Shown: positions 29,621 through 39,490, numbered from the stretch's first letter. The stretch: DNA of 64,000 nucleotides from Longimicrobiales bacterium (GCA_965202985.1 CBDBCF010000001.1:2112001-2176000), one strand, 5' to 3'. Made by a program: numbers and translations. The notes: generated by a model from the sequence alone, not told the origin.

Positions 29621-29941
29621 ATGACGCTTCCAGGGGAGTCCGGGGTGCCGGGCAGCGGGGAGGGCCCGACCGAGGGCGCAGGGTCCGCCGAAAACCTGCA
29701 CCTTACGACTTTCACGCACGACGGCAGGTTCTGGGACGTGTACCTGGAGTTCGTTGAGGACGCCCGACGGCCCGATTCTTGTCGAGCGCGCCTTTGCTAC
29801 GTCCCGACCGACGACAGCTCGGGCCAGGAACCCGCAAGAACGGCTGTGATCATCATCGAGCCGACCTACGAGGAGGCCCTGGAAAAGGCCCGGACGCTGG
29901 ACCGCCACAGCCTTGGGGCCATGCTCCGCTCCGCGACTTGA
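29621..29941 (+). CDS. hypothetical protein
   Basis: Protein-like composition (HLTTFTHDGRFWDVYLEF..TAVIIIEP), GC-rich third codon positions. Confidence 0.65.
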   Translation: MTLPGESGVPGSGEGPTEGAGSAENLHLTTFTHDGRFWDVYLEFVEDARRPDSCRARLCYVPTDDSSGQEPARTAVIIIEPTYEEALEKARTLDRHSLGAMLRSAT

Positions 29942-29975
29942 CGCCGTCGTAGCCCCAAGGACGCGGACCCTGGGC

Positions 29976-30752
29976 GTGACGCCGATTCGGTTTCTGCTGT
30001 TGCAGGTTCGCGATCCGGGCGATCCCATGGGTCCGCACGAGGTCGCGGCGTTCGATCGCGCACTGCGGCCGCTTCCGGCGCGGATCGGCGTCTTCGACCT
30101 GCTCGGCCGCCCGTTGCGCAAAGGCGACCTGGCCAACGCCGACTTCGTGCTGATGGGGGGCAGCGGGGCCTACTCGGCGGCGCTCGGGGGACCTTGGCTG
30201 GAGATGGCCATGGATTCGCTGCGCGCCGTCCACGGCTCGGGCGTGCCGGCGTTCGCTTCGTGCTGGGGCTTCCAGGCGATGGCTCGGGCCATGGGCGGGC
30301 GGGTCGTTCACGACCGTGCCACGGCCGAGGTCGGGACCCATCAGCTCACGCTGACGGACGCGGGGCGGGCGGATCCGCTGTTCGGGGCGCTGGGGCCGGC
30401 GTTCGACGCCCAGATGGGTCACGAGGACAGGGTGGAGACGCTGCCGGCGCACGCCACCCTGCTGGCGTCTTCGGCCAAGGTGGAGAACCAGGCCTACCGC
30501 TTTGACGACGCGCCCATGTACTGCACCCAGTTCCACCCCGAGCTGGACGCGAAGGGGCTGTTCAGCCGCTTCGCCGCCTACCCCAGATACGTGGCGGAAG
30601 TGGCGGGAATGACGATGGAGGAGCTGTCGGCAAAGGTCCGGGAAACGCCCGCCGCGGCCAAGCTGGTGCGCCGGTTCGTGGAGATGCACCTGGGGCCGGG
30701 GCGACGATGCCAGCCGCCTAGGCCTCGCGGACCCAGCGAACCAGCTCCTTGA
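29976..30752 (+). CDS. type 1 glutamine amidotransferase (GuaA-like)
   Basis: GGSG, nucleophile SCWGFQ, QFHPE. Confidence 0.88.
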   Translation: MTPIRFLLLQVRDPGDPMGPHEVAAFDRALRPLPARIGVFDLLGRPLRKGDLANADFVLMGGSGAYSAALGGPWLEMAMDSLRAVHGSGVPAFASCWGFQAMARAMGGRVVHDRATAEVGTHQLTLTDAGRADPLFGALGPAFDAQMGHEDRVETLPAHATLLASSAKVENQAYRFDDAPMYCTQFHPELDAKGLFSRFAAYPRYVAEVAGMTMEELSAKVRETPAAAKLVRRFVEMHLGPGRRCQPPRPRGPSEPAP

Positions 30753-31989
30753 GGGTGGGGCGCTTACCCTGCATGAGGATGCCCACCCGGTAGATGCGCC
30801 CGGCAACCCACGCCATCGCCGCGATCGCCGCCGCCATCAGCACCAGGGACAGCGCCACCATCCAGACGGGCACGTCTCCGGCGACGGCCCGCGGATACAT
30901 GAGGACGGGGCTGAAGAAGGGGAACAGCGCCGCCCAGTCGATCCACGCCATGCGGTTCCCGTTGATCGTGCTCATCTGCAGCATGAAGGGGATCACCAGC
31001 AGCATCATGACCGGGAACAGCGCCTGCTGGGCGTCCTCTTCGCGACTGCACATCGCCCCCACCGCGGCGAAGAGCGAAGCGTAGAGGAAGTACCCGAGCA
31101 GGAAGAAGAGAAGGAACAGGAGGACCAAGCCCGGCCCCGGGAGGAACTCGAGGATCCGGCTCACGTCGGCGCCCGGCACGTTGGCGACCACCAAGGGCAG
31201 GCCCACCATCGCGAGCAGCCCAACGAACGCCACCCAGATGCCCAGCTGGGTCAGGCCCATCGACGCCACGCCCAGCACCTTGCCCAGCATGAGCTGCGAG
31301 GGGCGGAGCGACGAGATCACGACCTCCACGACCCGGTTGCGCTTCTCGTCCAGCACCGAGCGGAGGACGTAGGTACCGTAGATCAGGGTGGTCATGTAGA
31401 GCAGGATCGCCGCGCCCATGCCCGCGACCAGGGACACGTCGCGGTCGATCTCGGCGCCGGCGGGGTCGCCGGAGTCGTCCCGGCGTCCGACGGGCTCGTA
31501 CTCGATCTCGCCGCCTCCCAGCAGCTGGCGAACTCCTGCCGCGTCGCCGGTGGCGTCCAGCCGCGCGGACAGCACCGCCTCCACCACGACCCTTCGCGAG
31601 ATCTCCGAGAACATCCTGCCGGGCGAGTCCTTGGCCCGGTAGACGAACGTTCCTTCGGTCGCGGTCAGGTCGTCCAGCACGAGGTACGCTTCCAGCTCGT
31701 CGTCCTCGATCCGCTGGTCGAGCGCGTTGGTGTTCGCGGCCGGGTCCGCGATCTCGACGTTGTAGCCCACGGCTTCCAGTCCTTGGGCCACGTCCTGCGC
31801 CAGCGCGCTCTCGGTCAGGTCCACGACCGCCATCTCGCGCGCGGAGCGCTCCGACTGCACGCCCATGAAGATGCTGAAGGCCATGAGCCCCATGATGAGG
31901 AGGGGCACGCCCAGGGTCGCCAGGATGAATCCCTTGGTCTTGACGCGCTCCAGGTACTCCCGTCGCAGCACCACCCATACCTGTTTCAT
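30718..31989 (-). CDS. ABC-2 type permease (NatB-like)
   Basis: RREYLERVKTKGF, EKRNRVVEVVISS..LMLGK, YASLFAAVGA, RIYRVGILMQGKRP. Confidence 0.9.
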   Translation of the reverse strand: MKQVWVVLRREYLERVKTKGFILATLGVPLLIMGLMAFSIFMGVQSERSAREMAVVDLTESALAQDVAQGLEAVGYNVEIADPAANTNALDQRIEDDELEAYLVLDDLTATEGTFVYRAKDSPGRMFSEISRRVVVEAVLSARLDATGDAAGVRQLLGGGEIEYEPVGRRDDSGDPAGAEIDRDVSLVAGMGAAILLYMTTLIYGTYVLRSVLDEKRNRVVEVVISSLRPSQLMLGKVLGVASMGLTQLGIWVAFVGLLAMVGLPLVVANVPGADVSRILEFLPGPGLVLLFLLFFLLGYFLYASLFAAVGAMCSREEDAQQALFPVMMLLVIPFMLQMSTINGNRMAWIDWAALFPFFSPVLMYPRAVAGDVPVWMVALSLVLMAAAIAAMAWVAGRIYRVGILMQGKRPTLKELVRWVREA

Positions 31990-32939
31990 CGGACGCCTCC
32001 GCTCCCCAGTCCGCCGACCGCAGCCGCGTCGGAGCCCGCGTCGGCCCCGGCGTGGCGCACGAAGATCTCGTGGAGCCGCGGCTCCAGAAGCTCGAAGCGC
32101 CGCAGGCTGGCCCCCGTCTCGACCGCCGCGGCCAGGACCTCGTCGTGTCCGGCCCCCGGACGCAGGGAAAGGTGCAGGGCCGCGCCCGCCTCCTCCACCG
32201 CCGAGACGCCGGGCCACGACACGCGCGGCGGATCGTCCTCGAACTCCACGGCCACGACGCCGGCGCGCTCCCGGCGCTTGAGCTCCTTCAGGTCGCCGTC
32301 CAGCACCTTCTCGGCCCGCGAGATCAGGCAGACCCGCTCGCACAGACGCTCGGCCTGCTCCATGAGGTGCGTCGAGAAGAGGATCGTCGTGCCCTTCTCC
32401 TTCTCCTCGCGCACGATCGATTCCAGCACGTCCTGGTTGATGGGGTCCAGGCCGCTGAACGGCTCGTCCAGGATGAGCAGCTCGGGTTCGTGCAGGACGG
32501 TGCCGATGAACTGGACCTTCTGCTGCATCCCCTTGGACAGGTCCTGGACCTTCTTGGAGGCCCACTCGCCCAGGCCCAGCCGCTCCAGCCACTTCATGGC
32601 CCGCGGACGAACGACGCGTCGCGCCAAGCCCCGGATCTCGCCCAGGAAGACCAGCTGGTCCACCACCTTCATCTTCTCGTAGACGCCGCGCTCTTCCGGC
32701 AGGTAGCCCACGCGGCTCCGCCGTCCGAAGTCGGGCTTGCCGCCGAACAGCTCCACGTCGCCCCGGTCGGGAAGGAGGATGCCCATGATCATGCGGATCG
32801 TGGTGGTCTTGCCGGACCCGTTGGGCCCCAGCAGGCCGTAGATGGAGCCCCTGGGGATCTGGAGGTCGAAGCCCGAGACGGCCGTGTGCTTGCCGAACGC
32901 CTTGGTCGCCCCGGAGAGGCGCACTACCGGTTCGTTCAC
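31986..32939 (-). CDS. ABC transporter ATP-binding protein (NatA-like)
   Basis: GPNGSGKTT, LSKGMQQK, ILDEPFSGLDP. Confidence 0.92.
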   Translation of the reverse strand: MNEPVVRLSGATKAFGKHTAVSGFDLQIPRGSIYGLLGPNGSGKTTTIRMIMGILLPDRGDVELFGGKPDFGRRSRVGYLPEERGVYEKMKVVDQLVFLGEIRGLARRVVRPRAMKWLERLGLGEWASKKVQDLSKGMQQKVQFIGTVLHEPELLILDEPFSGLDPINQDVLESIVREEKEKGTTILFSTHLMEQAERLCERVCLISRAEKVLDGDLKELKRRERAGVVAVEFEDDPPRVSWPGVSAVEEAGAALHLSLRPGAGHDEVLAAAVETGASLRRFELLEPRLHEIFVRHAGADAGSDAAAVGGLGSGGVR

Positions 32940-33132
32940 GCGATTGGTCCTTGTGGAGTGGAGGCGACGGCACGGCCCCCCGGTCCATCGGGCGGGCGCA
33001 CCGAAAGCTACTACGACGGAACCGCGCGGCTTTCTTCGGCCACGCCCGTCTCGGGGCCTCGGCCTGCCCGTCGCGTTGGTGCTTATATTCCATGGTCGGC
33101 GGTCGATCAAGAACATCGCAAAGGGAGTCTCC

Positions 33133-33321
33133 GTGGCCATCTATCGGACGATCTGCTACTTCGACATCAACGTTACCCGCGACGGTCGCATGACGGTGCC
33201 CAAGAGCATGCGCGAGCAGTGCGGCATCCGCGAAGGGGACACCATGACGGTGCGAGTGGAGGAGAACCCCCGAGGCGTACGCCAGCTGGTGATGTGGCGG
33301 AAGGACACGGACGAAGAGTAG
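33133..33321 (+). CDS. AbrB/MazE/SpoVT family DNA-binding protein
   Basis: RBS AAGGGAG then GTG; VTRDGRMTVPKSMREQCGIREGDTM motif. Confidence 0.75.
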   Translation: MAIYRTICYFDINVTRDGRMTVPKSMREQCGIREGDTMTVRVEENPRGVRQLVMWRKDTDEE

Positions 33322-33415
33322 TCGCGAGCTTCAGGCGGGCGGCGCTGGGGCGGGGCGGGCGGCGTCGGACTTGGTGGCGGCTGCCGTCAGTTGCGCCCGG
33401 CCGCTAGCGCTAGCG

Positions 33416-34810
33416 TCAGCGCAGCTCGCACCATCGCACTAGATCGCCCAGGGGACGGCCGCCGTCGTGCAGCCAGTCCGCGTCCGGAAAGGGCATCTGG
33501 TCCAAGGGAACGATCCTGCTGACGCCCAGGCCGCACAGCGCTTCGGCGAACTCGGGGTCCGGCGCGACCCCTGCCAGGCCGACGGTCTGCAGGACGGGCG
33601 ACAGGCCGGCCAGCATCTGCGCGCACGCGTCCCGGCCCGAAGCCGGCACGACCCAAGCGGTGCGGCTTCCCACTGGTTCGAAGTGCTCCATGTCCGCCAT
33701 GACCACGGTCCACGCCAGGTCGGGCGCGGCCCAGAACTCCACGTCTGCCCCTGCGGCTTTCTTGACGGCGAGCCGACCGTGCAGCTGCCGAACGGCCGAC
33801 TGCGCGCCCACCTCCGGGGGTCCGGGCGGAAGGGAGGCGTCCAGCGCGGCCAAGCGGCTCCCGAGCGCGTCGCACCATGCGGCGGCCTCGGGCCGGTCGG
33901 CGAGGAGCAGGAACAGGTGGGCGCTCACGCAGCCGCGCTGGTCGAAAAGGGCCACGGCGCGGGCCGCTTGTTGGACGGCGTCCGAAGCCGCGGCGGGATC
34001 GACGACGGCGACGCCCAGCCGGTTCGGATGTTCGGTCAGGCGGGTCGTGGCGGGCGCGCGGGCGCGGACCGCGTTGACGGCGTCGTCGCTTCCGTGGACG
34101 ACTACTTGGTCTGCGAGACCGAGCACCGCGCGCTCCCAGTGGTCGTGGGCGGCCACGCCTCCGGGCCAGTACTGGACTGCGACGGCAGCCGCCACCGCTG
34201 GATCCGCGCCGGCAAGGATCCGGGCGAAGCGCATCGTCAGCGCCACGTCGCCGGCCCCTGGCTTGGCCAGCACGGCCGACTTCACAACCAGGGACCGGCA
34301 GATCGAACCGATCGTCAGGCCGGGCACCGAGCCGGCGCCGACGTGAACGACCAAGGGGTGGCCGGACGCCCGAACCCGTCGGCCGCCGTCGATCGCGAAG
34401 CCGTCCAGCACGTCCGGATCCGGAAACTCGGCGCGGACTAGGCGGGCCAGGGCGGCTCCGCTCCACGAGCGGCTCATCTCGGTCACGACCTCCTGGATCA
34501 TCGGCGCCGACAGGCGGGCGTTCGCGGCGGCCTCGCGACAGGCGGCCCCGGACGGTCCTCCTTCGTCCAGCTCCTGCCGGAGACGGCGGGCGGCTCGCGC
34601 CAGGGCCTGTGCGATCTCCATGGCGGGCCGGTCGGCCAAGCGCCTCCGGGCCTTGCGGAGACCGGACGCCAGGGTGTGCGCGGATGCGGGGTCGGGGCGC
34701 GGGTAGCGAACGGTCGCCCCCCCGGCGCGGATATCGTCCACGAACTCGGGGGCGGGCACGCCGGAGGGCCAGAACCAGCCGTCCAGTGGCGCCGGGCTCC
34801 CGCCGGTCAC
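33416..34810 (-). CDS. acyl-CoA reductase, LuxC family
   Basis: HVGAGSVPG, FDQRGCVSAH (catalytic Cys), GVSRIVPLDQM..WLHDG. Confidence 0.82.
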   Translation of the reverse strand: MTGGSPAPLDGWFWPSGVPAPEFVDDIRAGGATVRYPRPDPASAHTLASGLRKARRRLADRPAMEIAQALARAARRLRQELDEGGPSGAACREAAANARLSAPMIQEVVTEMSRSWSGAALARLVRAEFPDPDVLDGFAIDGGRRVRASGHPLVVHVGAGSVPGLTIGSICRSLVVKSAVLAKPGAGDVALTMRFARILAGADPAVAAAVAVQYWPGGVAAHDHWERAVLGLADQVVVHGSDDAVNAVRARAPATTRLTEHPNRLGVAVVDPAAASDAVQQAARAVALFDQRGCVSAHLFLLLADRPEAAAWCDALGSRLAALDASLPPGPPEVGAQSAVRQLHGRLAVKKAAGADVEFWAAPDLAWTVVMADMEHFEPVGSRTAWVVPASGRDACAQMLAGLSPVLQTVGLAGVAPDPEFAEALCGLGVSRIVPLDQMPFPDADWLHDGGRPLGDLVRWCELR

Positions 34811-35958
34811 GAACGGCCCCGGACGGCCCGCAAGAACGCCTCCGCCGTCAACGAGCAGCCCCGCGGCTCCGCGCCCCCGGCCCGGCCCAGCAGCTGGAAG
34901 CCTCCGCCGGGAACCAACTTGCCCAGGTCCTCCGTGAGCACGTGGCACACCGAGGCGGCGTTGGCCAGGTCGAAGTGGGCCAGCAGGCCGGGCTGGCCGG
35001 GCGGCAGGGGCGTCAGAGTCGTGGGGTCGAGGGCTCGCGTTCGCACCCAGGGCGGAAAGCGGTGAACGCGCTGGGACGGGGGCGCGGCCTCCTCCGCAAC
35101 GGTGCCGGCGGCGTGGTCGTAGGACTGCGAGAGCATTTCGGTCATCCCGTACTCGTTCACGATGTGCGAGTCGGGCACGCCGAGCTGGCGGGATATTCGG
35201 GCGTAGAGGGTTTCCCGGTCCACCTCGGCGGTCCGTCCCTTGAAGCCGCCTGTCTCCATGACGCGGGAGTCGGGCGGTAGCCGGATCGGGCGCGTCTCCA
35301 ACGCCTCCAGCAGCTGGACCAGCGCGAAGGCCGTCGCCGCCAGCAGGACTGGTTCGCGAGCCGTCGCCGCAACCTTGCGAACAACCTCAGCGTCCACGCC
35401 CCGCTCGGGGTCGAAGGCCCATGTCGCCCCGACGACCTCTGGTTCCTCGGCAATGAACCCGCACATCGCCGACAACGACGAATCGGGCGCCGCTCGGGGG
35501 TGGGGCGCCAGCGACACCACGCGAACCCGCTTCAGCCCCGCGAACAGGTTGCGTCGGTAGGGCCCTCGGGCCGCCGCCCGGTACAACGCCATGCTGGCCA
35601 CGTGGTGTTCGCCCCGTCGGGCGCCTCCGCTGGTCGTGCCGCTGGTGCGAAACACGGCCTCGGCCTTGCCGGAGACGATCGCAACGTCGCGGAAGGCGGT
35701 GGTCGGCACGGGCGGAACCTCTTCCCATCGCCGGGGGCTGCCCGCGCCGGCGTCTTCCCAGTAGTGCCGCAAGACGGGGTTGGAGCGGCGCTGGGCGTCG
35801 TGGACCTGGAGGGCCAGCCGGTTGAAGGCGTCCGCGCCAAAGAGGGCGGGGTCCGAAAGCGCGGCGTCGGCGTAGGCTCGAAACAGCCGCACAAGCTGTG
35901 CGACCACCGGCAAGGACCGAGGCGGCTCCACGGGAGACGAGGACATCATGCGGGACAT
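34807..35958 (-). CDS. acyl-protein synthetase, LuxE family
   Basis: FRTSGTT, METGGFKGR, NEYGMTEMLSQ, DLAN..TEDLG, GRAGGAEPRGCS; start uncertain (35949-35982). Confidence 0.85.
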   Translation of the reverse strand: MSRMMSSSPVEPPRSLPVVAQLVRLFRAYADAALSDPALFGADAFNRLALQVHDAQRRSNPVLRHYWEDAGAGSPRRWEEVPPVPTTAFRDVAIVSGKAEAVFRTSGTTSGGARRGEHHVASMALYRAAARGPYRRNLFAGLKRVRVVSLAPHPRAAPDSSLSAMCGFIAEEPEVVGATWAFDPERGVDAEVVRKVAATAREPVLLAATAFALVQLLEALETRPIRLPPDSRVMETGGFKGRTAEVDRETLYARISRQLGVPDSHIVNEYGMTEMLSQSYDHAAGTVAEEAAPPSQRVHRFPPWVRTRALDPTTLTPLPPGQPGLLAHFDLANAASVCHVLTEDLGKLVPGGGFQLLGRAGGAEPRGCSLTAEAFLRAVRGRS

Positions 35959-36101
35959 CGTTGCGCGAAGGAAAGCGTCCACTCCGAAGGGAAGCGCCCG
36001 CTCGAAAGGTAGCGTAGAATATATGGCTTCCCGGCGGCCGGCTCTTCGGACGAGACGGCTGCGCTTCGGTCATCGACGCGAACAGACGGCGGCTTCGACG
36101 C

Positions 36102-36731
36102 ATGGCGGATTCCAACAACAGGGCGCCCCGGCGACGCTTTCTGGCGGGCGTTGCAACGGCGGCGGCGGCCGGACTGGCCTTGCTGGCGCCCCTCTGGTCC
36201 GGGCTTCGGGTCGCCCTGGACCCGCTGCGTCGGGGGCGGGAGGGCCGTGCGGGGTTCGTCCGAGTCACGACGCTGGCGGCGCTGCCGGAAGACGGCGTGC
36301 CGCGCAAGTTCCCGGTGGTCGCAAGGCGCGTGGATGCGTGGAACACCTTCGCGAGCGTGCCCGTGGGGGCGGTCTATCTGCGACGGTTCGGGAGCGGGGG
36401 CGCTACTGCGGGCATTGACGGCGGGCCGGCCTCGGAGAGCGCGTCGGGCCGGAGCGACGCGGGTGGCCAAACGAACGCGACCGGCTTGCAGGCGTTCAAC
36501 GTGGTCTGCCCTCACGCCGGGTGCTTCGTGACCTTGGCCGCCGATCGGTCCCGGTTCGTGTGCCCCTGCCACAAGAGCAGCTTCGCGCTGGACGGGGCCG
36601 TGAACGATCCGGCCAGCCCCAGCCCGCGCGACATGGACGCGCTGGATGTCGAGGTGCGGGACGGAGGCGAAGTGTGGGTCCGCTTCCAGAACTTTCGGCC
36701 GGGGACGCCGAACAAGACGCCCGTCGCGTGA
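36102..36731 (+). CDS. Rieske 2Fe-2S subunit of a cytochrome bc complex
   Basis: Tat-like RRRFL plus TM; CPHAGC and CPCHKS boxes; SPSPRDMD. Confidence 0.92.
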   Translation: MADSNNRAPRRRFLAGVATAAAAGLALLAPLWSGLRVALDPLRRGREGRAGFVRVTTLAALPEDGVPRKFPVVARRVDAWNTFASVPVGAVYLRRFGSGGATAGIDGGPASESASGRSDAGGQTNATGLQAFNVVCPHAGCFVTLAADRSRFVCPCHKSSFALDGAVNDPASPSPRDMDALDVEVRDGGEVWVRFQNFRPGTPNKTPVA

Positions 36732-38524
36732 GCTTCGCGAGGCCGGTCTTGGCGTGGCTGGACGACAGGACGGGGTACCGGGACCTGCTGCGGAGGCTGC
36801 TGTTGGAGTCGGTGCCAGGCGGCGCGCGGTGGCGATACGTGTGGGGAAGCACGCTGGCGTTTGCGATCGTGGTGCAGTTCGCGACGGGCGTGGCGCTGTG
36901 GGCGGCGTACAGCCCGAATGCGCAGGGCGCGTGGGAAAGCGTCCACTACGTGCAGAACGTCATGGCGGGCGGCTGGCTGCTGCGGGGCATCCACCACTAC
37001 ATAGCGCAGGCCACCGTGGTGCTCCTGATCCTTCACCTGATGCAGGTTCTCGTGGACGGCGCGTATCGCGCGCCTCGGGAGGTCAACTTCTGGTTCGGCT
37101 TGGCGCTGCTCCACGTCGTTCTCGGACTGCTGCTCACCGGCTACCTGCTGCCATGGGACCAGAAGGGCTACTGGGCCACCAAGGTCGCGACCAGCATCGC
37201 CTCGGTTGTTCCCGTGATCGGTCCCGCCCTTCAGAAGGTGCTGGTGGGCGGCGCCGACTACGGCCACCTGACCCTGACCCGCTTCTTCGCTCTTCACGCC
37301 GGCGTGCTGCCGGGGGCGCTCGTGCTCCTGGTCGCGGCGCACGTCTTCCTCTTCCGGCGGCACGGCTTGACGGCGGCGAAGCCGCGGACCGCGGCCCCGA
37401 AGGACGGAGTCTTCTGGCCGGACCAAGCACTGCGAGACGCCGTGGCGTGCTTGGCCGTGATGGCGGCGGTGCTGTTGCTGGTCGCTCTCTCCGGGGGCCC
37501 GGCGCTGGGAGCGCCCGCCGACCCCAGCGAACCGTACGCCGCGGCCCGGCCCGAGTGGTACTTCATGTTCCTGTTCCAGTGGCTCAAGTACTTCCCGGCG
37601 GGGATGGAGGTGCTGGGCGCCGTCGCGATCCCCGGGCTGGTGCTGGGCTTGGTGGCGCTGATGCCCCTGGTGGGCAGATGGCAACTGGGCCACCGCTTCA
37701 ACCTGGGGCTGGGCGCCGCCGTGCTGACCGGCGTGGCGTTGCTGACTTGGCAGGCGTACCGCCAAGACGGGCGCGACCCCGAGTTCGCGTTCGCCAAGGA
37801 AAGCGCGGAAGCCGACGCGGCGCGAGCGGCCGAGCTGGCGCTGGGGCCGGAGGGCATCCCGCCTGCGGGCGCACTGGCCATGCTGCGGAGCGACCCGTGG
37901 AGCCGTGGACCGAGGCTGTTCGCGGATCGTTGCGCCAGCTGTCACGCGTTCGACGGACACGACGGGCGGGGCCGCTGGCTGGCCGACCCTCCGACGGCCC
38001 CGGACCTGAGTGGGTTCGCCAGCCGGGAGTGGATTGCGGGGCTTCTGGATCCGGACCGGGTCGCGACGAGGGAGTACTTCGGCGGCACCGCCTTCGCGCG
38101 CGGACGCATGGTGCGCATGGTGCAGCGTCGGGTCGCCGGGTTCGACCACGGGCAGCAGCAAGAGTTGGCCAAGGTCGTGAAGGCGCTCTCGGCGCAGGCG
38201 GCGTTGTCCTATCAGGCGGCCGTCGATTCCGCCGAGCAGAACGAGATCGCCGAGGGCGAGGCGCTGATCCGTTCGGAGTCGATGGGCTGCACCGAGTGTC
38301 ACGAGTTCCAGGGCGTCGTGGATGTCCCGCGCGGTCCCGTGCTGACCGGCTACGGGTCGAGGGAATGGCTGCTCGGGATCATCGGCGACCCCGCGCACCC
38401 GGCGTTCTACGGCGAGCGCAACGACCGGATGCCCGCCTTCGCGCGCGACGGCGTTCTGACGCCCGACGAGATCGGCCTGCTGGCGGACTGGCTGCGACGA
38501 GACTGGTACCGGGGGGAGCGGTGA
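36728..38524 (+). CDS. cytochrome b (b6-like plus subunit IV) fused to diheme cytochrome c
   Basis: RGIHH..LHL, GYLLPWDQKGYW, RFFALH..AH, PEWY; CASCH and CTECH. Confidence 0.9.
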   Translation: MSFARPVLAWLDDRTGYRDLLRRLLLESVPGGARWRYVWGSTLAFAIVVQFATGVALWAAYSPNAQGAWESVHYVQNVMAGGWLLRGIHHYIAQATVVLLILHLMQVLVDGAYRAPREVNFWFGLALLHVVLGLLLTGYLLPWDQKGYWATKVATSIASVVPVIGPALQKVLVGGADYGHLTLTRFFALHAGVLPGALVLLVAAHVFLFRRHGLTAAKPRTAAPKDGVFWPDQALRDAVACLAVMAAVLLLVALSGGPALGAPADPSEPYAAARPEWYFMFLFQWLKYFPAGMEVLGAVAIPGLVLGLVALMPLVGRWQLGHRFNLGLGAAVLTGVALLTWQAYRQDGRDPEFAFAKESAEADAARAAELALGPEGIPPAGALAMLRSDPWSRGPRLFADRCASCHAFDGHDGRGRWLADPPTAPDLSGFASREWIAGLLDPDRVATREYFGGTAFARGRMVRMVQRRVAGFDHGQQQELAKVVKALSAQAALSYQAAVDSAEQNEIAEGEALIRSESMGCTECHEFQGVVDVPRGPVLTGYGSREWLLGIIGDPAHPAFYGERNDRMPAFARDGVLTPDEIGLLADWLRRDWYRGER

Positions 38525-38561
38525 GGCGGCGGACGGCGGGCGATTCGGGTAGGGATCAGGC

Positions 38562-38891
38562 ATGAAGAAGCTGGAACTCAGCGACGCGCAATGGAAGCGG
38601 ATTTGCCACCATTTCCCCGAGGAGTCGAAGCCGAAGGGCCAACCGGGTCGGCCTTCCGTGCCTGCTCGGGAGGTCCTCGACGCGGTGCTCTGGATCATGC
38701 ATTCCGGCACCCCGTGGCGCTATCTTCCCCAATGCTACCCCAACTACAAGACGGTGCATCGGCGATATCTGACCTGGGTGCGAACAGGCGTCCTGGAGCG
38801 GGCGCTCAAGGACTTGGAGGCCGAAACCAGAAGCCGGAGTTTCCTGCCGACGGAATGGGACGCCTGGCAGCCTACGTCGGACAGTCCGTAA
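38562..38891 (+). mobile_element. IS5-family transposase N-terminal fragment (DUF4096-like); no catalytic ORF follows
   Basis: LSDAQW..GRP..REVLDAVLWIMHSGTPWRYLP..YKTVHRRYLTW..GV. Confidence 0.8.
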
Positions 38892-39053
38892 GCTGTCTTC
38901 GTAGTCTGGGCACACGCGAGAGAGTACTCATAGCGCGACGGACGACGAACCAGTCGCGTTGGCGACGAGTCGTCCTCGGGCATCTTGCCCTTGACTCGCG
39001 GGGTTCAAGATCACATCTTTCGGCCCGACGCTGCTTTCACCCAAAGCCCGGAC

Positions 39054-39490
39054 ATGCCTGTGTTCATCCCTAACCGCGACGACTATCCCCGTGCGGCCTG
39101 CAAGCTCTTGGCTGACGCATTAGTGCTCAAGGCGAGACATCGCTACGACGGTGCAGTCTACCTAGCAGGCTACGTCGTCGAATGTAGTCTGAAGGCGTTG
39201 AAAAACTGGAAGTTGGGCAGGTGAAGCGAACTCACGACTTGGCCAAACTCCACGATACCGTAGCTCGCCTTGTCAGTGAAGCGGATGTTCGGACCGCTCG
39301 ATTTGCCGAGCCCCTCGCCGATGTCCTGCGGAACGCTGGAATTATTGCTTGGGATCCACAGATGCGCTACTGTGCGCCCACAGCCGACGCTGATCAAGCG
39401 GATCAATGGACGACGGAAGCTCGTCACGTGTACTCGGTCGTAGTCGGAGGTCTGGTCATGGATGGGACTCTCGGACATGCAGGAGGATAG
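39054..39490 (+). pseudogene. HEPN-like protein split by an apparent 1-nt deletion near 39200
   Basis: AVYLAGYVVECSLKA in one frame and KRTHDLAKL..W.PQMRY in the -1 frame; joined product about 145 aa. Confidence 0.65.

Noticed and set aside
33416..35958. Bioluminescence operon
   Set aside because: No luxA, luxB, luxD or luxG in the window
38990..39030. tRNA-like GGGTTCAAGA segment as an integration site
   Set aside because: No cloverleaf or acceptor stem could be built around it
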